Positions 33,890 to 35,572 of a stretch of DNA of 35,572 nt are shown here, in pieces (positions within the stretch are counted from its first letter, which is position 1; every line of letters begins with the position of its first letter). Below the pieces are notes generated by a model. It was not told the DNA's origin. It was given only the letters and a program-made list of their open reading frames with translations, and searched no databases. The position numbers were made by a program, and so were the translations under genes. The DNA comes from Macrostomum lignano (Eukaryota), in NCBI GenBank assembly GCA_002269645.1, contig NIVC01000743.1, forward strand, positions 1-35,572, in the 5' to 3' direction.

Positions 33890-34345
33890 GTGGAGCGCAC
33901 AGGTGTGGGGAGTGGAGCCACAGGTGTGGTGAGTGGAGCCACAGGTGTGGGGAGTGGAGCGCACAGGTGTGGTGAGTGGAGCCCACAGGTGTGGTGAGTG
34001 GAGCCCACAGGTGTGGGGAGTGGAGCGCACAGGTGTGGGGAGTGGAGCGCACAGGTGTGGGGAGTGGAGCGCACAGGTGTGGGGAGTGGAGCCCACAGGT
34101 GTGGGGAGTGGAGCCCACAGGTGTGGGAGTGGAGCGCACAGGTGTGGGGAGTGGAGCGCACAGGTGTGGGGAGTGGAGTGCACAGGTGTGGGGAGTGGAG
34201 CCCACAGGTGTGGGTGAGTGGAGCCCACAGTTTTGGGGAGTGGAGCGCACAGGTGTGGGGAGTGGAGCGCACAGGTGTGGGGAGTGGAGCCACAGTTTTG
34301 GGGAGTGGAGCGCACAGGTGTGGGGAGTGGAGCGCACAGGTGTAA
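33890..34345. repeat. 22-bp minisatellite (TGGAGCGCACAGGTGTGGGGAG), ~20 copies
   Basis: Read directly; intronic. Confidence 0.95.
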
Positions 34346-34662
34346 AGGCTGAAACCGTAAAAAGTTGAGAAACCCAGCAGACTGCATAAACGCAGTGCGA
34401 GACACAGAAAACTGAAACTGAAAATACGAGAATAAATATTGAATATTGAAAAGTCCATAGTGCAATGCTGAGACACTTCATGCAGTCTCAGTAGCTACGA
34501 TAGGATTTTTTAGTTTTCTAAATTGCCTGCAAAATGAATGACCAAATGAATGAAGTGAGCCAGTGAGTGAGCAGTGAGAGTACTTTGGCCTGATAAGATA
34601 GGGCTTGCTCAGGCAAGACTGTGACAGAAACTGAACTGAGAACAGCTGCTGAGATGGCTCAC

Positions 34663-34692
34663 CGTCCATGAGGGCAAATCTGTGCTCAACTG
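34663..34692 (-). CDS. Possible 30-nt upstream HIP1 micro-exon (QLSTDLPSWT)
   Basis: Pyrimidine-rich acceptor cccacag, donor GTGAGC, phase 0-0 compatible with the next exon. No motif support. Confidence 0.3.
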
Positions 34693-35572
34693 CTGTGGGG
34701 GGTAACAGAAAATGCGAATGTCCTTGCAGATAAAAGGGCACAGTCTTGAGAAAGACGCACACTTAAAATACTTAAAACAGCTGCCAGGTGCACCACCGGC
34801 TAAAATACTATTTTGAAGAAAACATTTTACCCCCAGACAAAAGTAATAAAATTTGCCTGTTAGAACATTCCGGACACCTCCAAATAAAAGTTGCGGTTAT
34901 TAGCAGTTAAAAATCCGGTCACTGGCTGCAATTAACGCATTAATGTATGAACAGAATATAAAAGTTGCGGTTATAACAACTAGCAACAGATAACAGACAA
35001 CAGTTGTAAACATGCTGGTTAATACGCTCGTAGCCGTATAAAATATGAGTGCCAAGCACACGATACACAGCACTGTTATTAGCTAATTAACAAGGCTATT
35101 TAAAAGCACTTGGGCCGGGCAACTCACTGAGAAGATTATCATGCAGTTCAGTTACACTGCACTGAGCCGCAACTGCGCCGCCTGAAACACATGCATCAGA
35201 TCTGAATGAATCCACTTCATCAACAGTCAGTTAGCAGTGACAAGGTGACAAGCGGTTCTGTGACCAGAGTGAGAAAGCTAACTGCGTGCGCTTTAAGGAG
35301 TTAGAGATAGACCAGACTTGAGCACGGCTCACATGAGATTATCACTGCATAAAGAATAAATAAATAAATGCTGAAAATCTACTAATTTTAGACAGTTAAA
35401 TCGCATGGAAGCGACGACCCGCAGGGCATCACCTATGAACAGGTCCAGTCCGCGAGCAGCTGCAAGCCGCGGGGCATTTTAATTAATTATTTCAACTAAA
35501 TTTAAAATTACAGTACAATTTAACAAATTTGTGTCTCTTCAAGACATCAATAAACTCTCTCACCGAATTACA

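Noticed and set aside
24895-34345. CRISPR-like appearance of the 22-27 bp repeats
   Set aside because: The units are head-to-tail with no unique spacers, there are no cas genes and the context is eukaryotic.
33283-34481. 397-aa minus ORF read as a single protein
   Set aside because: Its N-terminal half is the 22-bp intronic satellite. Only 33287-33834 is HIP1 exon.
35390-35465. Possible further HIP1 exon (AARGLDLFIGDALRVVASM)
   Set aside because: The acceptor is plausible, but there is no convincing donor or diagnostic motif. Left uncalled.

Overview
This is eukaryotic (invertebrate-looking) genomic DNA with GT-AG introns and a heavy load of micro- and minisatellites. No prokaryotic operon, CRISPR array or rRNA is visible. 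(1) The main feature is an apparently complete minus-strand gene of about 24 coding exons (3484-20824). Hand-called splice sites give one continuous, phase-consistent reading frame of about 3,355 aa. It encodes a giant type-I transmembrane mucin: signal peptide, then 13 copies of an ~140-aa six-cysteine domain (weakly discoidin/F5-8 type C-like) each followed by a Thr/Ser/Pro tract, then a SEA domain with a GSVV cleavage motif, one TM helix and a short Tyr-containing tail. (2) The 3' end of a HIP1/HIP1R/Sla2-family gene (I/LWEQ domain) lies on the minus strand at about 29409-33834+, with minisatellites filling its introns. (3) Mobile-element relics include a decayed Ty3/gypsy RNase H fragment, a solo LTR with a 4-bp target-site duplication and a tRNA-headed SINE-like insert. 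The longest ORFs in the supplied track are artefacts of satellites or are antisense to Thr codons. The repeat landscape is reminiscent of flatworm genomes such as Macrostomum, but that is an unverified impression.
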